Assembly (NCBI GenBank): GCA_902630355.1
Contig: CACOUL010000004.1
Coordinates: 19,879-83,878 of the forward strand
From: Planctomycetaceae bacterium
GTDB lineage: Bacteria; Planctomycetota; Planctomycetia; Pirellulales; UBA7805
DNA: 64,000 nucleotides
Reading direction: 5' to 3'
Shown: piece by piece, positions 10,402 through 20,572 of the stretch
How the letters are laid out: every line of letters begins with the position of its first letter
Position numbering within the stretch: the stretch's first letter is position 1
The notes under the pieces: model-generated
Told to the model about the DNA's origin: nothing
Seen by the model: the letters and a program-made list of their open reading frames with translations, nothing else
The model's database searches: none
Translations under genes and position numbers: made by a program

Positions 10402-11979
10402 ATGAAACAAAGCATTAGTTTGAAATTCCTGCGAGATCTTTGGCGGCCGTTGGGGCCATTGGTTGGCCTTCTCGTCGTGGTCGCATTTTGCCGCGGTCTC
10501 TCAGCCCAGGAGAATGAGCTTCAAGAACTCGACGACCCCGACACCCTCGTACGGCAACTCGAGGTACCGGCTGTGGCGAGCGATATTTCCGGATTCAGCC
10601 GGGAGAGCGAGCCGCTTGCACTTGCGAATCTCCCGACAAGCAAGCCAGAGGGGGTTGCCGTAAGCAACGTGTCCCTGACGAGCCTGCTTGAGAGAATCGA
10701 AGCGCTCGAGGCTCAGGCAGAATCGGCAGACAAGTTGTCCGACGACGTGGTCGAGATCGACATCGTCAAAAAACCGAAGATCAAAATCTTTGGTCGTGCC
10801 ATGCTGGACTATTGGGCGTTTCCCTCAAATTCTCCGCTGGTGAACTGGGTGGGTGGTAATTATCCGAATAATCCTCGGGCCTTCATCGGATTTCGTCGTT
10901 TGCGACTCGGAGCCAAAGGCCAGGCCTTTGAGAACATGGAATACAAAATCCAGATGGAGTTCGCTCAGCCCGATCAGATCACCTTCAAGGATGCCTACCT
11001 CGGTTGGCTGAATCTTCCCTGGAATGACAAAATTTTAATCGGCAACCAGAAGCGACCTTATGGACTCGCGCACCTGGACAGTAGTCGTTACATGGTCTTT
11101 ATGGAACGGCCGTTTGTGGTTGATGCCTTCAATAATGATGCACGTCGATTGGGTGTCGAAGCCTACGGCTACTCCGAGAACGAGCGATGGAATTGGCGAT
11201 ACGGTGGATTCGACATGCAGAATATTGCGAAGGTTGGCCGTATCTATTCCAACAAATTCGAGCCCGAAGCGGCCGGTCGGATTGCCAATACGATTTGGTA
11301 CGACGAGATGTCGGATGGTCGTGGTTACGCTCACTGGGCGCTCTCCGGAGCGGTATGTTTCCCGAATGGCACGGCCACCTCGGCACGATTTAAAACTCGC
11401 CCGGAGGCATACTCAGAAACGAGTTGGTTCGATACGGGACAAATCGCCAATGGAGAAACCTATCAACTTGGCGGCGTGGAAGGCGTACTGAATGTAAATC
11501 AACTTTCGGTCGTCGGCGAATACATGGGGGTCACCATGCAGCGAACCGGCCAATCCAGTCTCAACTTCCATGGTGGGTACGTGTATGTCGCCTATTGGCT
11601 TACCAATGACTACTCACCATGGAATCGTCAGCGCGGCGTGCTGGGACGCACCAAGCCGAATGAAAATTTCTTCATCGTGCGTACCGATCAAGGTCGCCAA
11701 AGGGGCTGGGGTGCCTGGCAGATCGCAGGACGCTTTTCTCGAGGCGATTTCAGCGACCAGGGAATCCAAGGCGGTGTCGGTCAGAGTTTTGGTCTTGCTC
11801 TCAACTGGTGGTGGAATCCTTACGCCCGTATGCAATTCAACTACATCAACGGTTCAATCACCGATCGCAACACCAACACGAGTCGTGGCGGTCCCTCCGG
11901 GGGCAATCAAATCGCCACCATCGGTACGACAAGCGGAAGCTACAACTGTTTCGGAACCCAGTTCATGATCGACTGGTAA
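10402..11979 (+). CDS. Phosphate-selective porin, OprO/OprP family
   Basis: Signal peptide; FRRLRLG, KDAYL, GNQKRPYGL..SSRY..FMER, GGYVYVAYWLT, GAWQIAGRFS, LNWWWNP; C-terminal aromatic residue. Confidence 0.88.
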   Translation: MKQSISLKFLRDLWRPLGPLVGLLVVVAFCRGLSAQENELQELDDPDTLVRQLEVPAVASDISGFSRESEPLALANLPTSKPEGVAVSNVSLTSLLERIEALEAQAESADKLSDDVVEIDIVKKPKIKIFGRAMLDYWAFPSNSPLVNWVGGNYPNNPRAFIGFRRLRLGAKGQAFENMEYKIQMEFAQPDQITFKDAYLGWLNLPWNDKILIGNQKRPYGLAHLDSSRYMVFMERPFVVDAFNNDARRLGVEAYGYSENERWNWRYGGFDMQNIAKVGRIYSNKFEPEAAGRIANTIWYDEMSDGRGYAHWALSGAVCFPNGTATSARFKTRPEAYSETSWFDTGQIANGETYQLGGVEGVLNVNQLSVVGEYMGVTMQRTGQSSLNFHGGYVYVAYWLTNDYSPWNRQRGVLGRTKPNENFFIVRTDQGRQRGWGAWQIAGRFSRGDFSDQGIQGGVGQSFGLALNWWWNPYARMQFNYINGSITDRNTNTSRGGPSGGNQIATIGTTSGSYNCFGTQFMIDW

Positions 11980-12011
11980 AACTCAATTGCACTTTTTCAA
12001 AGAATCAACCA

Positions 12012-12572
12012 ATGAATAGTGAACCATATCGGCCGAGACAGTCTTCGCACCCACAGGGTCGTAAACTGTTGTTTTGCTTTCTATTGCTTGCAACTTGCAT
12101 CTCGCTCATAGCATCAACTCAAGCCGCTACCGCAGCACCCTGCGATTGTTTGAGCGAATGCACCACCTGCTGTCCCCAATGTAAAGTCGAGATAAAGAAA
12201 GAGGCTGTAAAAAAGCATTTCTATACGGTCGAGTGCAAAACCATCTGCATCCCCAGGGTCACGTGTCCCTGGGAGAAACCGTGCGAAAGAATTTGCGATG
12301 GGACGTGTCCTTCGGATTGCTGCACATGCCCCTTTCCCTGCAAAGGCGCACGTACCCGTAAAGTAAAAGTGATTCGTAAATTCGAGTATGAATGTGAAAA
12401 ATGCAAGTACAAATGGACTCCCACGTGCTCCGGGGACGACTGTGATGGTGCGAGTTGCACCGCTGCACCAGGCACAACGAGCAAAGAAAATATCGTCCCT
12501 CCATCGCCACCGACCGCAGATCGTTCGGCACGGATTTCCGACTTCTTCAACTTCATTCCCCTGTGGAAATAG
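12012..12572 (+). CDS. Secreted cysteine-rich planctomycete protein
   Basis: Hydrophobic signal ending ATA; about 21 Cys; VECKTICIP and YECEKCKYKW motifs; 32 bp after the porin. Confidence 0.75.
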   Translation: MNSEPYRPRQSSHPQGRKLLFCFLLLATCISLIASTQAATAAPCDCLSECTTCCPQCKVEIKKEAVKKHFYTVECKTICIPRVTCPWEKPCERICDGTCPSDCCTCPFPCKGARTRKVKVIRKFEYECEKCKYKWTPTCSGDDCDGASCTAAPGTTSKENIVPPSPPTADRSARISDFFNFIPLWK

Positions 12573-12685
12573 ACTCCTGTGCCCAAAAAATATCGTTTAC
12601 GGTTTGCGGCACATGGTCCTCACTGCTCGTACACGATTTATAATAGGATGCAGTTGTAAATCGCGAAGCAAGCTGGGGATGGTAG

Positions 12686-13966
12686 ATGCCTAAAGGAAGT
12701 ACGACGCGGTGGAACTTTCGCGTTCTGCTCGGACAGGGTATCTTACTTGACGTCAGTCAAACGCTTTCCAGCCCTCGGTTGGTACTGCCCTTTCTCTATA
12801 TTTCGTTCGGTGCCCCAGCCATCTTTGCCGGGCTATTGATCCCTATCGTGCAGCTTGCGCGAATGATCGGGCAAATCGTCTCAGCGCCCTTCATTTCGGC
12901 TGCCGAAATCTGCAAATGGTATATGAGCCTCGGCATTCTCACCGCAACAACTGCGCTGATCGTGGTCGCCTTAACCGCCGATACGGCTGAGGATGCAAAG
13001 CACTTTGTCGTTTTAACGGTGATTTTTCTGAGTGTTGCCGCCATTATCGGTCTTGGCCAAGGCCTGAGCCGGCTGGCATTTCAAAACATGCTCGGCTACG
13101 TGGTACCGCGCAAACTTCGACGAAACTTACTCTTTTCCCAAACCGGGATCAGTGGGCTCTTGGCGATCATACTTGCGTGGGCAAGTCAGAAATTTTATTT
13201 AGGCGCGGCAGGCGAGGAAGCTGAAGAACATCTGGCACTCCTCTGGGCAGGCATTGCGGTAGCTGTCCTCTCGGGTTTTTTGAGTATGTTGGTCCGGGAA
13301 TCTGCCGTTGCCGAAAAAAAAGTAAGGCCAGCAACCGGCAAAGAGAAAAAAAGCATCCTCGCCACACTTCGCGAGGGCATTAATCACGTGAAGCAAGTCG
13401 ATTGGTTCCGGCAGTTTATCATCGCTCGGATTCTCTTTCTTTCAATTGAATTAGCGATGCCGTTTTATGCGATTATCGCTGCGCAAGAGCACGAAAAAAC
13501 AGAAGATGCCCTCGGTAGTTTTGTAATCGCAACCAGCCTGGGACTGATGATTGGGGGCTTTTTCTGGCAGCGATTGTCGCCCTGGCCGTTGAGGCGGATC
13601 ATGGGTCTTGGCGGTATCATCGCTTTTGTTGCTGCAATGATCGCGTTATTCAGTCACGAGGTTGATCCGAGTGAAAGAAGCCTCTGGCTGTATTATGTCT
13701 TTTTTCTGATCGCACTCGCCGATCAGGGAGTGGCTTCCACACGGAAAATTTATGTAGCCACCCTCGCGAGTGCGGAAACACGGCCTTACTATATTGCCGT
13801 GAGCGATACGCTGGTCGGTGCCGCGGCCGTTCTCTTTGCATTTTTTCTCGGGGCACTCGCCCACTTCCAGCATGCCCTGTGGCCCATCTTGGTGCTGGCT
13901 GGCCTCAATGCTCTGGCTGCCCTCTACGCGATGCGACTCAAACCGATTCCGGCGGACGCCGATTGA
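12686..13966 (+). CDS. MFS transporter
   Basis: About 12 hydrophobic segments in two halves; SPRLVLP motif; substrate unknown. Confidence 0.8.
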   Translation: MPKGSTTRWNFRVLLGQGILLDVSQTLSSPRLVLPFLYISFGAPAIFAGLLIPIVQLARMIGQIVSAPFISAAEICKWYMSLGILTATTALIVVALTADTAEDAKHFVVLTVIFLSVAAIIGLGQGLSRLAFQNMLGYVVPRKLRRNLLFSQTGISGLLAIILAWASQKFYLGAAGEEAEEHLALLWAGIAVAVLSGFLSMLVRESAVAEKKVRPATGKEKKSILATLREGINHVKQVDWFRQFIIARILFLSIELAMPFYAIIAAQEHEKTEDALGSFVIATSLGLMIGGFFWQRLSPWPLRRIMGLGGIIAFVAAMIALFSHEVDPSERSLWLYYVFFLIALADQGVASTRKIYVATLASAETRPYYIAVSDTLVGAAAVLFAFFLGALAHFQHALWPILVLAGLNALAALYAMRLKPIPADAD

Positions 13967-14025
13967 AACTGCCTTCGGCTCCCTTCACCGGTCGGCGCCG
14001 ACCTAGCCGTAAGAATGAAAGCCGC

Positions 14026-15147
14026 TTAGAGCAGCGAGGCAAAGCGATCAAAAAGATAGTCGCTATCGTGGGGTCCTGCCGAAGCTTCCGGATGATACTG
14101 AACGCTGAAGGCAGGCAATTCGCGATGCCGTACGCCCTCGATCGTTCCATCGTTGAGGTTCCGATGCGTCACCTCAAGTTCCCCGGGAAGACTCTCTTCG
14201 GAGACTGCGAAGCCGTGATTTTGTGATGTGATCTCGACGCGAGACGTCTCCAGATTTTGCACCGGCTGGTTGGCCCCGCGATGACCAAACTTGAGTTTGT
14301 AGGTTTCCGCCCCACACGCAAGCGAAAGGAGTTGGTGACCGAGACAAATCCCAAAAATCGGTTTCTCGCCCAATAAGTCACGTATCGTTTGTATCGACTG
14401 CGTTAACGGCTCCGGGTCGCCCGGCCCGTTGGAAAGAAAAATACCGTCTGGTTTTTCCGCAAGAATCTCCTCCTTGGAGGCAGACCCCGGCAGCACCGTG
14501 ACCCGAAACCCTCGACTCGCCAGATGTCGGGGAATATTCCATTTCATTCCAAAGTCCAGTGCCACAATATGTCCGTTCGAATCGCTGGCTGTATCCTCAG
14601 ACCCGGGAAGCGTCGACCACTCACTCAACACCTGATCCCAGCGGACTGCCTCGGTCGGCATCACTTCCTGCACCAGATCGCGACCCACCAGTCCCGGGCT
14701 CGCCTGGGCTTTGGCTACCAGGCTTTCGTTATCCAGGTCGACTGTGGAGAGCACGCCCTTCATTGCGCCTTCGCGACGGATCCGACGGACCAACGCGCGG
14801 GTGTCGATTCCTTCGATCGCGACAACACCCCATTTTTCCAGATAGGTGGGAAGATCTTCGCTCGCTCTAAAATTGCTGTAGATCAAACTGTTCTCGCGAA
14901 CGATGAAACCGGAGAGATGGGGTTTTGCACTCTCTCGATCTTCCTCATTCACACCATAATTACCGATCAACGGATACGTCATGGTAACGATCTGACCGCG
15001 GTAACTCGGATCGGTTAAAATTTCCTGATAACCGGTCATGGAGGTATTAAAGCAGACCTCTCCGTCAACTTCCCCCTCAGCTCCGAAACTGCTGCCTTCA
15101 AAAACGGTCCCGTCTTCGAGCGCGAGTTTGGCTTTCCGGCTGTCCAC
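14026..15147 (-). CDS. carA: Carbamoyl-phosphate synthase small subunit
   Basis: [49 protein letters not shown]; GTG start after GAGGGG. Confidence 0.97.
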   Translation of the reverse strand: MDSRKAKLALEDGTVFEGSSFGAEGEVDGEVCFNTSMTGYQEILTDPSYRGQIVTMTYPLIGNYGVNEEDRESAKPHLSGFIVRENSLIYSNFRASEDLPTYLEKWGVVAIEGIDTRALVRRIRREGAMKGVLSTVDLDNESLVAKAQASPGLVGRDLVQEVMPTEAVRWDQVLSEWSTLPGSEDTASDSNGHIVALDFGMKWNIPRHLASRGFRVTVLPGSASKEEILAEKPDGIFLSNGPGDPEPLTQSIQTIRDLLGEKPIFGICLGHQLLSLACGAETYKLKFGHRGANQPVQNLETSRVEITSQNHGFAVSEESLPGELEVTHRNLNDGTIEGVRHRELPAFSVQYHPEASAGPHDSDYLFDRFASLL

Positions 15148-15523
15148 TACAGCAACCCCCTCTTCGTGTATTGTTTTGCTCTTGTCCGCCCTACGCGGCA
15201 ACTCTGAGTACCGTCTGTGAGCAATGTCAAACCGTACGGCTTATACCGCAATTAGATGCCCTTTTTTCCTCTTTTATGCAATTTTATCCTCGGCTATCCG
15301 CAGCGAGTTAAGTTCTAGCACCGATAGCACCGATAGGAGTGTTACGGCTGTGGGTCTCCGAATTTCCAACCGTTGGTATTTCGGACAGCCAATTGGAGAG
15401 TTCCTGTCCCGGCGAGCAGGAACTCTCTTTTTTTATAGCCTCAGCGCCAGCGACGGGCATAAAACCGGGCCCAGTATACGACCTCTGAACCACATTCCTA
15501 GACCCTTCGTCGCTTCTGAGCCA

Positions 15524-17017
15524 TTATCCGGCTCGCAAACCTCGATCGACTTGATCTTGGTCTCGCAAATAAACGGCCAGGACCGACTCAAACATCTCTC
15601 CGCTGATTTTCCAGGCCGGGCTCTCGTCCGTATGGGCGTTGCCATGCTCGATCAGAAGACGGTACATGAACTTAAATAAATGACGGGGCACGCGTAGATC
15701 GCGAAAAGCTTTCACTAGACGCTCTTCGGTCATACCCTCCTCAAACCAGTTGGCCAGCAAAGGCGTTTCGCCCGCTTCTGCGCACGCCCGCAATCGGGAA
15801 GAAGCCACATCGTAGAGCGCCTCTCCGGTCCATTCCAAGGACGGGATCATGTTTTGCTTATCGAGCCTGGCCCGCTGGAAGAAATCGCGATCCTCACGGT
15901 CCAGAAATTCGGCCACCTCGATCGGCAAGAGCAGTTTGAATCCGATCCCCGGATGCTTGAGCAATTTGTTATCCAGAAGAGGCCAGAGAAAAGCCTGCAT
16001 CAGATCGGCTCGGCCGTTGATCAGATGGGGTTCGTCGATGCGGTCAACTAAAACAGCAATGCCCGTAAATCCCAACGATTGCAAAATCCCTTGTAATTTT
16101 CTTAGCAATTCGAAGCGGTCATCGGTTCGATCTTTGTTGGGAAGTGGTTGGCCTTCCAATTCGGAAGGCGAAAAATCCAGTAGCAACTGCGCGAGGGCTC
16201 GCTTTTGGCTCGGAATGACCCGCAAATGCCGGGCGACTCCATACGCCCGCAAGAAACTTTTCCCCATACGATAAGCCCGAGGAAACAACCCAGCCACGAT
16301 CGCAATGTAGGGCCAAGGGCTATTGAGTGCGCTGAGACCTGATTGCCACCCCTGAGAAAAAATAATCGCAAGGACCACGATCGGTACCATGAAACAGAGA
16401 GCCAAATCCCATCGCCTCCACCAAGTGCGGAACCGCAACCGTCGTCGCAAACGATGCCAGCGACCTTTGAATGTTTCGGCGGTCGAGCGGTCGTAACAAG
16501 CAGCCAGGAGCAGGAGGTCTCTCGCTTGGTTGCGGTCCAGTGCCTTCAAATCGACCTCGACAGGAAATTCCTGTCGTGAAGTCACAGGGGATAAAATTCC
16601 ATCGACCAATCGTGTGGTCCCGAGAGACAAAATGGCGTCGACATGATCCCATAGTTTCCACTCGCCGAGCACGCGATCGGGTTTCCGTCGCCTCGATGGC
16701 AGAGTTTCACAAAAGCGATCTAAAAAAGGATTGAAATCGACGTAATCGATCACAAAAACGCGATCTCGTGGATGCTTGAGGTTATGAAGAAGCAGGTGCT
16801 CCACCATTTGCAACCGCATCGCGGTTTTGCCCGAACCTTTTTCACCAAAGACGATGGACGTGGACGGATCTGAAGGGCTTCCGAAGATTTTTTCCCACGC
16901 AGGGTGGAACGTGTCTCGAAGGCAATGCTCCTTGAACACCCGATCGGTCTGCGCATCCTCTTCGACGAATGGATTCGTCGTGAGTGAGTGGTGGGACAGA
17001 AAACGCTGAATGTTCAT
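15524..17017 (-). CDS. Uncharacterised P-loop NTPase with inserted transmembrane hairpin
   Basis: Walker A GEKGSGKT, Walker B-like VLVDRIDE, two hydrophobic helices between them. Confidence 0.75.
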   Translation of the reverse strand: MNIQRFLSHHSLTTNPFVEEDAQTDRVFKEHCLRDTFHPAWEKIFGSPSDPSTSIVFGEKGSGKTAMRLQMVEHLLLHNLKHPRDRVFVIDYVDFNPFLDRFCETLPSRRRKPDRVLGEWKLWDHVDAILSLGTTRLVDGILSPVTSRQEFPVEVDLKALDRNQARDLLLLAACYDRSTAETFKGRWHRLRRRLRFRTWWRRWDLALCFMVPIVVLAIIFSQGWQSGLSALNSPWPYIAIVAGLFPRAYRMGKSFLRAYGVARHLRVIPSQKRALAQLLLDFSPSELEGQPLPNKDRTDDRFELLRKLQGILQSLGFTGIAVLVDRIDEPHLINGRADLMQAFLWPLLDNKLLKHPGIGFKLLLPIEVAEFLDREDRDFFQRARLDKQNMIPSLEWTGEALYDVASSRLRACAEAGETPLLANWFEEGMTEERLVKAFRDLRVPRHLFKFMYRLLIEHGNAHTDESPAWKISGEMFESVLAVYLRDQDQVDRGLRAG

Positions 17018-17037
17018 GGCGATCCCCTGAAGATGGA

Positions 17038-17607
17038 TCAATCCCCTGTCGTCTCTGATCCGAATTGTGGAAAACAGTCACCTGCCCGTTTCCAGTCACT
17101 CCACCCTTCGCGCCACACGAGATGGTCGCGCTCAACCCGCCCCTCTGCAATCCAGGCTCGTATGACTTCCTCCTTGGCGGGACCGTACTGCTGCCCACCC
17201 GCCTCAAGACACACCCACCATATGGTAGTCGCCGCGTCGACAGGCGGCTGATCCCTCGCTATTTCCGCAGTAGCATCCCCGCCGACATTGCCTGTGGACG
17301 AGGAAGCCGAGTCGAACTGCATCGCCTCGGTCGGCCGCTCTCCCGCCGCTACATCGGTCGAAGGGGCACCGATCAGTGTGGCAACTTCGGCTGGCAAAAC
17401 GTCATCGAGATCCTCCAGCGGACTGGCCACCGGCAGAGCCGATTGTTCCGCCTGTGACTTTCCATGCAAATCCTTGCTACTCGGACGCGTCGAGGTGAGC
17501 GGTATCTGCATGCGCGCACTGCAGTGGGGACAGATACCCGTTTTACCCGCAAGAAAAGATTTCACATTCAGTTTGTGCCCCTGCGGACAATAAAAGCGAA
17601 TCCCCAT
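17038..17607 (-). CDS. Zn-ribbon plus GYF_2 (DUF4339) domain protein
   Basis: N-terminal CPQGH..CPHC; low-complexity linker; C-terminal WWV..GQQYGP..WIAEGRV..LVWREGWSDW. Confidence 0.85.
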   Translation of the reverse strand: MGIRFYCPQGHKLNVKSFLAGKTGICPHCSARMQIPLTSTRPSSKDLHGKSQAEQSALPVASPLEDLDDVLPAEVATLIGAPSTDVAAGERPTEAMQFDSASSSTGNVGGDATAEIARDQPPVDAATTIWWVCLEAGGQQYGPAKEEVIRAWIAEGRVERDHLVWREGWSDWKRAGDCFPQFGSETTGD

Positions 17608-17767
17608 CTTGCTTTCCTTGGCAAATAGATCCCAGACATTGACTAAAAGGGCGGAGGACTCGGTCCCCGACAACAAACCAAGAACCGTTTTCTCCAGGCC
17701 CCAATCAAGCCTCCACTATAGTGCAACTCGCCCCCACTGAGAAGCGTTTCAAACGCCCTGCAAGCCT

Positions 17768-18739
17768 CTACTTGTACTCCTCGTGGCAGCGACTACAGGT
17801 CTTTTGAATCTCTCCCAAGTTAAAATGTATTTTGGAAAGATCGCCCTCCGTCGCGCCCTGCTGGAGACCTTTTGCCCCTTCCGTAAGTTTCCCGCTGTAG
17901 GTCACGAATTCATCATCATCATGGTAGTCGTACTCCGGGAGTGTAATGACCCGTGCAAGTGCAGCAACAATCTGTGACTCGTGAATGATGGCCGAGCGAT
18001 TTTTCACCATTGTCTCCTGGTCGACGGACCACATCTTCAGCCCTTCATTGGTCGCCTGGTCGAGTCGCTGCATCAACGCGCGTCGGTCGGCCACGTTGCT
18101 CCAAAGCGTCGAGGCGGCTGGACTCAAATCAAGGCCTTCCCCCCGGATCAACTGGCCCAGATCCTCGTGCCTGTTTTTTGCCTCCCTGAACCCTTGCGCT
18201 GTCGAATCACGTGCACTGCGACTTGCCGCTGCAAAATGATCGCGCGCTGCAGCAGCATCGCCTGCGGTCCATCGCTCGGCCTCCGGATGTTCCGCCAGAA
18301 TGCCAAACAGTACGGCCACCTCCGCAAATTGCTTCTCAATATCTTTGTGACCGCCGCTCTTGAAGGCACCAATCCTCGCAAGATGTTGTGCCATTTGCGG
18401 GTAAATACTTTTTATTTCATCCTCCAACACAGCGGCTGAAATGAACTCCTCCCAGGCCACCCTTCCGGCACCTGTGCTTCCCTTTTCAGATTGGCCAGAG
18501 GGAACATCGACGCCTGTTTCCAACCTGCTCCGTGGTTCACGCGATCCCTGTAATCTTTCGGTGGGATCCCCTCGAAAAAGTTTTTCGGTCTCCTCATCCC
18601 ACTGCTCCGGTGGCACAACGCGAAGCGGTTCTTTTTCTTTTTTACGCTCCGCCCAAGAAGTGGTGGGAGCGACAAAAGACTGAAGGCAAAATAGAGCCAA
18701 AACGAGACGAAAACCGTTTCTGTATCGCATGCACCTCAT
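17768..18739 (-). CDS. Exported c-type cytochrome (cytochrome c'-like, C-terminal CxxCH)
   Basis: Signal peptide; all-helical; terminal TCSRCHEEYK; start approximate. Confidence 0.75.
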   Translation of the reverse strand: MRCMRYRNGFRLVLALFCLQSFVAPTTSWAERKKEKEPLRVVPPEQWDEETEKLFRGDPTERLQGSREPRSRLETGVDVPSGQSEKGSTGAGRVAWEEFISAAVLEDEIKSIYPQMAQHLARIGAFKSGGHKDIEKQFAEVAVLFGILAEHPEAERWTAGDAAAARDHFAAASRSARDSTAQGFREAKNRHEDLGQLIRGEGLDLSPAASTLWSNVADRRALMQRLDQATNEGLKMWSVDQETMVKNRSAIIHESQIVAALARVITLPEYDYHDDDEFVTYSGKLTEGAKGLQQGATEGDLSKIHFNLGEIQKTCSRCHEEYK

Positions 18740-18898
18740 TATGTGAACCCAAGATTGAAAGAGCAAGTTACACGAGCTACGCGAGTGAAATCAAAAAAAT
18801 CATCGGAAAACGAAAACATCTTACGGATTCATTCTGCACCTTCGGCAACTTTTCTCGTAGGATACGTGAAACGCTATTCAAACGAATGAGTCCGACTC

Positions 18899-20545
18899 GT
18901 GCCCGAAAAAGATCGTCGCATTGGCTTCATCGCCCTGCTTTTTGTCTCGGTTGGTGGAATCCTTGGTTCCGGTTGGCTATTTGGACCGCTCTACGCCGTG
19001 CAACTCGCCGGCCCCGCCGCATTGGTCGCCTGGGTGATCGGAGGGCTTGCGATCATGGTGATTGCACTGAATTTCGCAGAACTGGGGTCCATGCTCCCCT
19101 TGAACGGAGGCATCACTCGCTATGCACTGCTGAGCTATGGCCGCACCGTAGGATTCTTCGCATCGCTTTCGAGCTGGTTGACGTTCACCGTGATTGTTGC
19201 AGCTGAGGTGCAAGCAGTCCTCCAATATCTTTCTATTTACTTTCCATGGCTCACTGAAAATGTAACGGGAGTTGAGGGTGAAACGACGACTCACCCCCTG
19301 AGTTTTCCCGCTGGCTTTCTTTGCGCGGCGGCCCTTTGGATTCTTTTTTCCTTGATTAACTGGCGGGGAATTCATTTTTTTGCACGCATCAACAGCGGAT
19401 TGACGTGGATCAAAATCGGCCTGGTCATTATCGTCACCGTGGCCCTTTTTGCGCTCTCTTTCAGTTGGGAAGTCTTCGATGACCCGAAAGAAGGTGGCTT
19501 TTTCCCCAAGGGATGGAGCGGGGTCTTTCAGGCGCTTGCGTATGGCGGGGTCATCTATGCGTTTACAGGATTTCAACATGCCGCGATTGCGGCCGGGGAA
19601 TCGAAGAATCCACATCGTGATGTTCCCATCGCTGTACTCGCTTCGATTTTTTTCTGTCTCGTGTGCTACCTCGCGATACAGTTTGCCTTTCTGGGGGGAC
19701 TTCGGGAAGTCACTTTTTCATCGCCCGCGAACTGGACGAATCTGCAGTTCAAGGATCAGGTCGGCCCGATTGCCGGTTTGGTCAAATCGTTGGGTGCGAT
19801 TTGGTTATTCTATCTTGTCCTAGGCGGGGCCATTGCATCACCCTTGGGGGCGGGGCTGATCAACCTCGGTTCGAGCATGAGGATTGCGCAGGGAATGAGC
19901 CACGACCGCTATCTTCCTCCTCGCTTGAGTCGCATCGGTCGGCATGGCACCCCGGGTTTGATTATCATTCTTACCTTTCCCGTCGGGCTTTTTCTTTTTT
20001 TGCCGTTTCCCGGCTGGCAGGCGCTGGTTGCTTTTCTAACGTCGGTGGTTGTTTTGGCTTACGCGATCGGCCCTTTGAGCGTCCTGGCGCTCCGGCAGCA
20101 AATGCCGGATTTAAAAAGGCCCTTCCGGCTATGGCTCACATCGTTTCTTTGTCCGCTCGCCTTTGTGATCTGTGGGCTTTTGATTTTCTGGACCGGCTGG
20201 GCGATCGTCTGGAAACTTGGATTAGTCTTCTCTGTCTGCGGCTGCCTCTTTGTGTCAACGCACCTGCTTCGCAGACAGCCGATGGATTTACTCTCCGCTG
20301 TGTGGTTACTGCCCTTCCTCGGAGGCATCGTACTGATCACGTGGTTAGGAAGCGAACAGGGCGACCATTGGCTCTCTGAGAAGCAGGCCACGTGGACAGT
20401 GGCAATCCTCTCGCTGGGCTGCTTTTACCTGGCAAGAAAATTGACCATCTCCCCGGAAGACACGCAAAAATATTTTGCGCAAATCGAAGCAGCCCGGATC
20501 GAAGGAAAGGATGTCGATTCAGGAGAATTTCTTGAAATGAAGTGA
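18899..20545 (+). CDS. APC family amino acid permease
   Basis: GGILGSGWLFG, FAELGSMLP..GG..RY, YAFTGF, ESKNPHRDVP; 12-14 TM. Confidence 0.92.
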   Translation: MPEKDRRIGFIALLFVSVGGILGSGWLFGPLYAVQLAGPAALVAWVIGGLAIMVIALNFAELGSMLPLNGGITRYALLSYGRTVGFFASLSSWLTFTVIVAAEVQAVLQYLSIYFPWLTENVTGVEGETTTHPLSFPAGFLCAAALWILFSLINWRGIHFFARINSGLTWIKIGLVIIVTVALFALSFSWEVFDDPKEGGFFPKGWSGVFQALAYGGVIYAFTGFQHAAIAAGESKNPHRDVPIAVLASIFFCLVCYLAIQFAFLGGLREVTFSSPANWTNLQFKDQVGPIAGLVKSLGAIWLFYLVLGGAIASPLGAGLINLGSSMRIAQGMSHDRYLPPRLSRIGRHGTPGLIIILTFPVGLFLFLPFPGWQALVAFLTSVVVLAYAIGPLSVLALRQQMPDLKRPFRLWLTSFLCPLAFVICGLLIFWTGWAIVWKLGLVFSVCGCLFVSTHLLRRQPMDLLSAVWLLPFLGGIVLITWLGSEQGDHWLSEKQATWTVAILSLGCFYLARKLTISPEDTQKYFAQIEAARIEGKDVDSGEFLEMK

Positions 20546-20572
20546 AGCCGGCGCAACAAACGGAACTATCGT

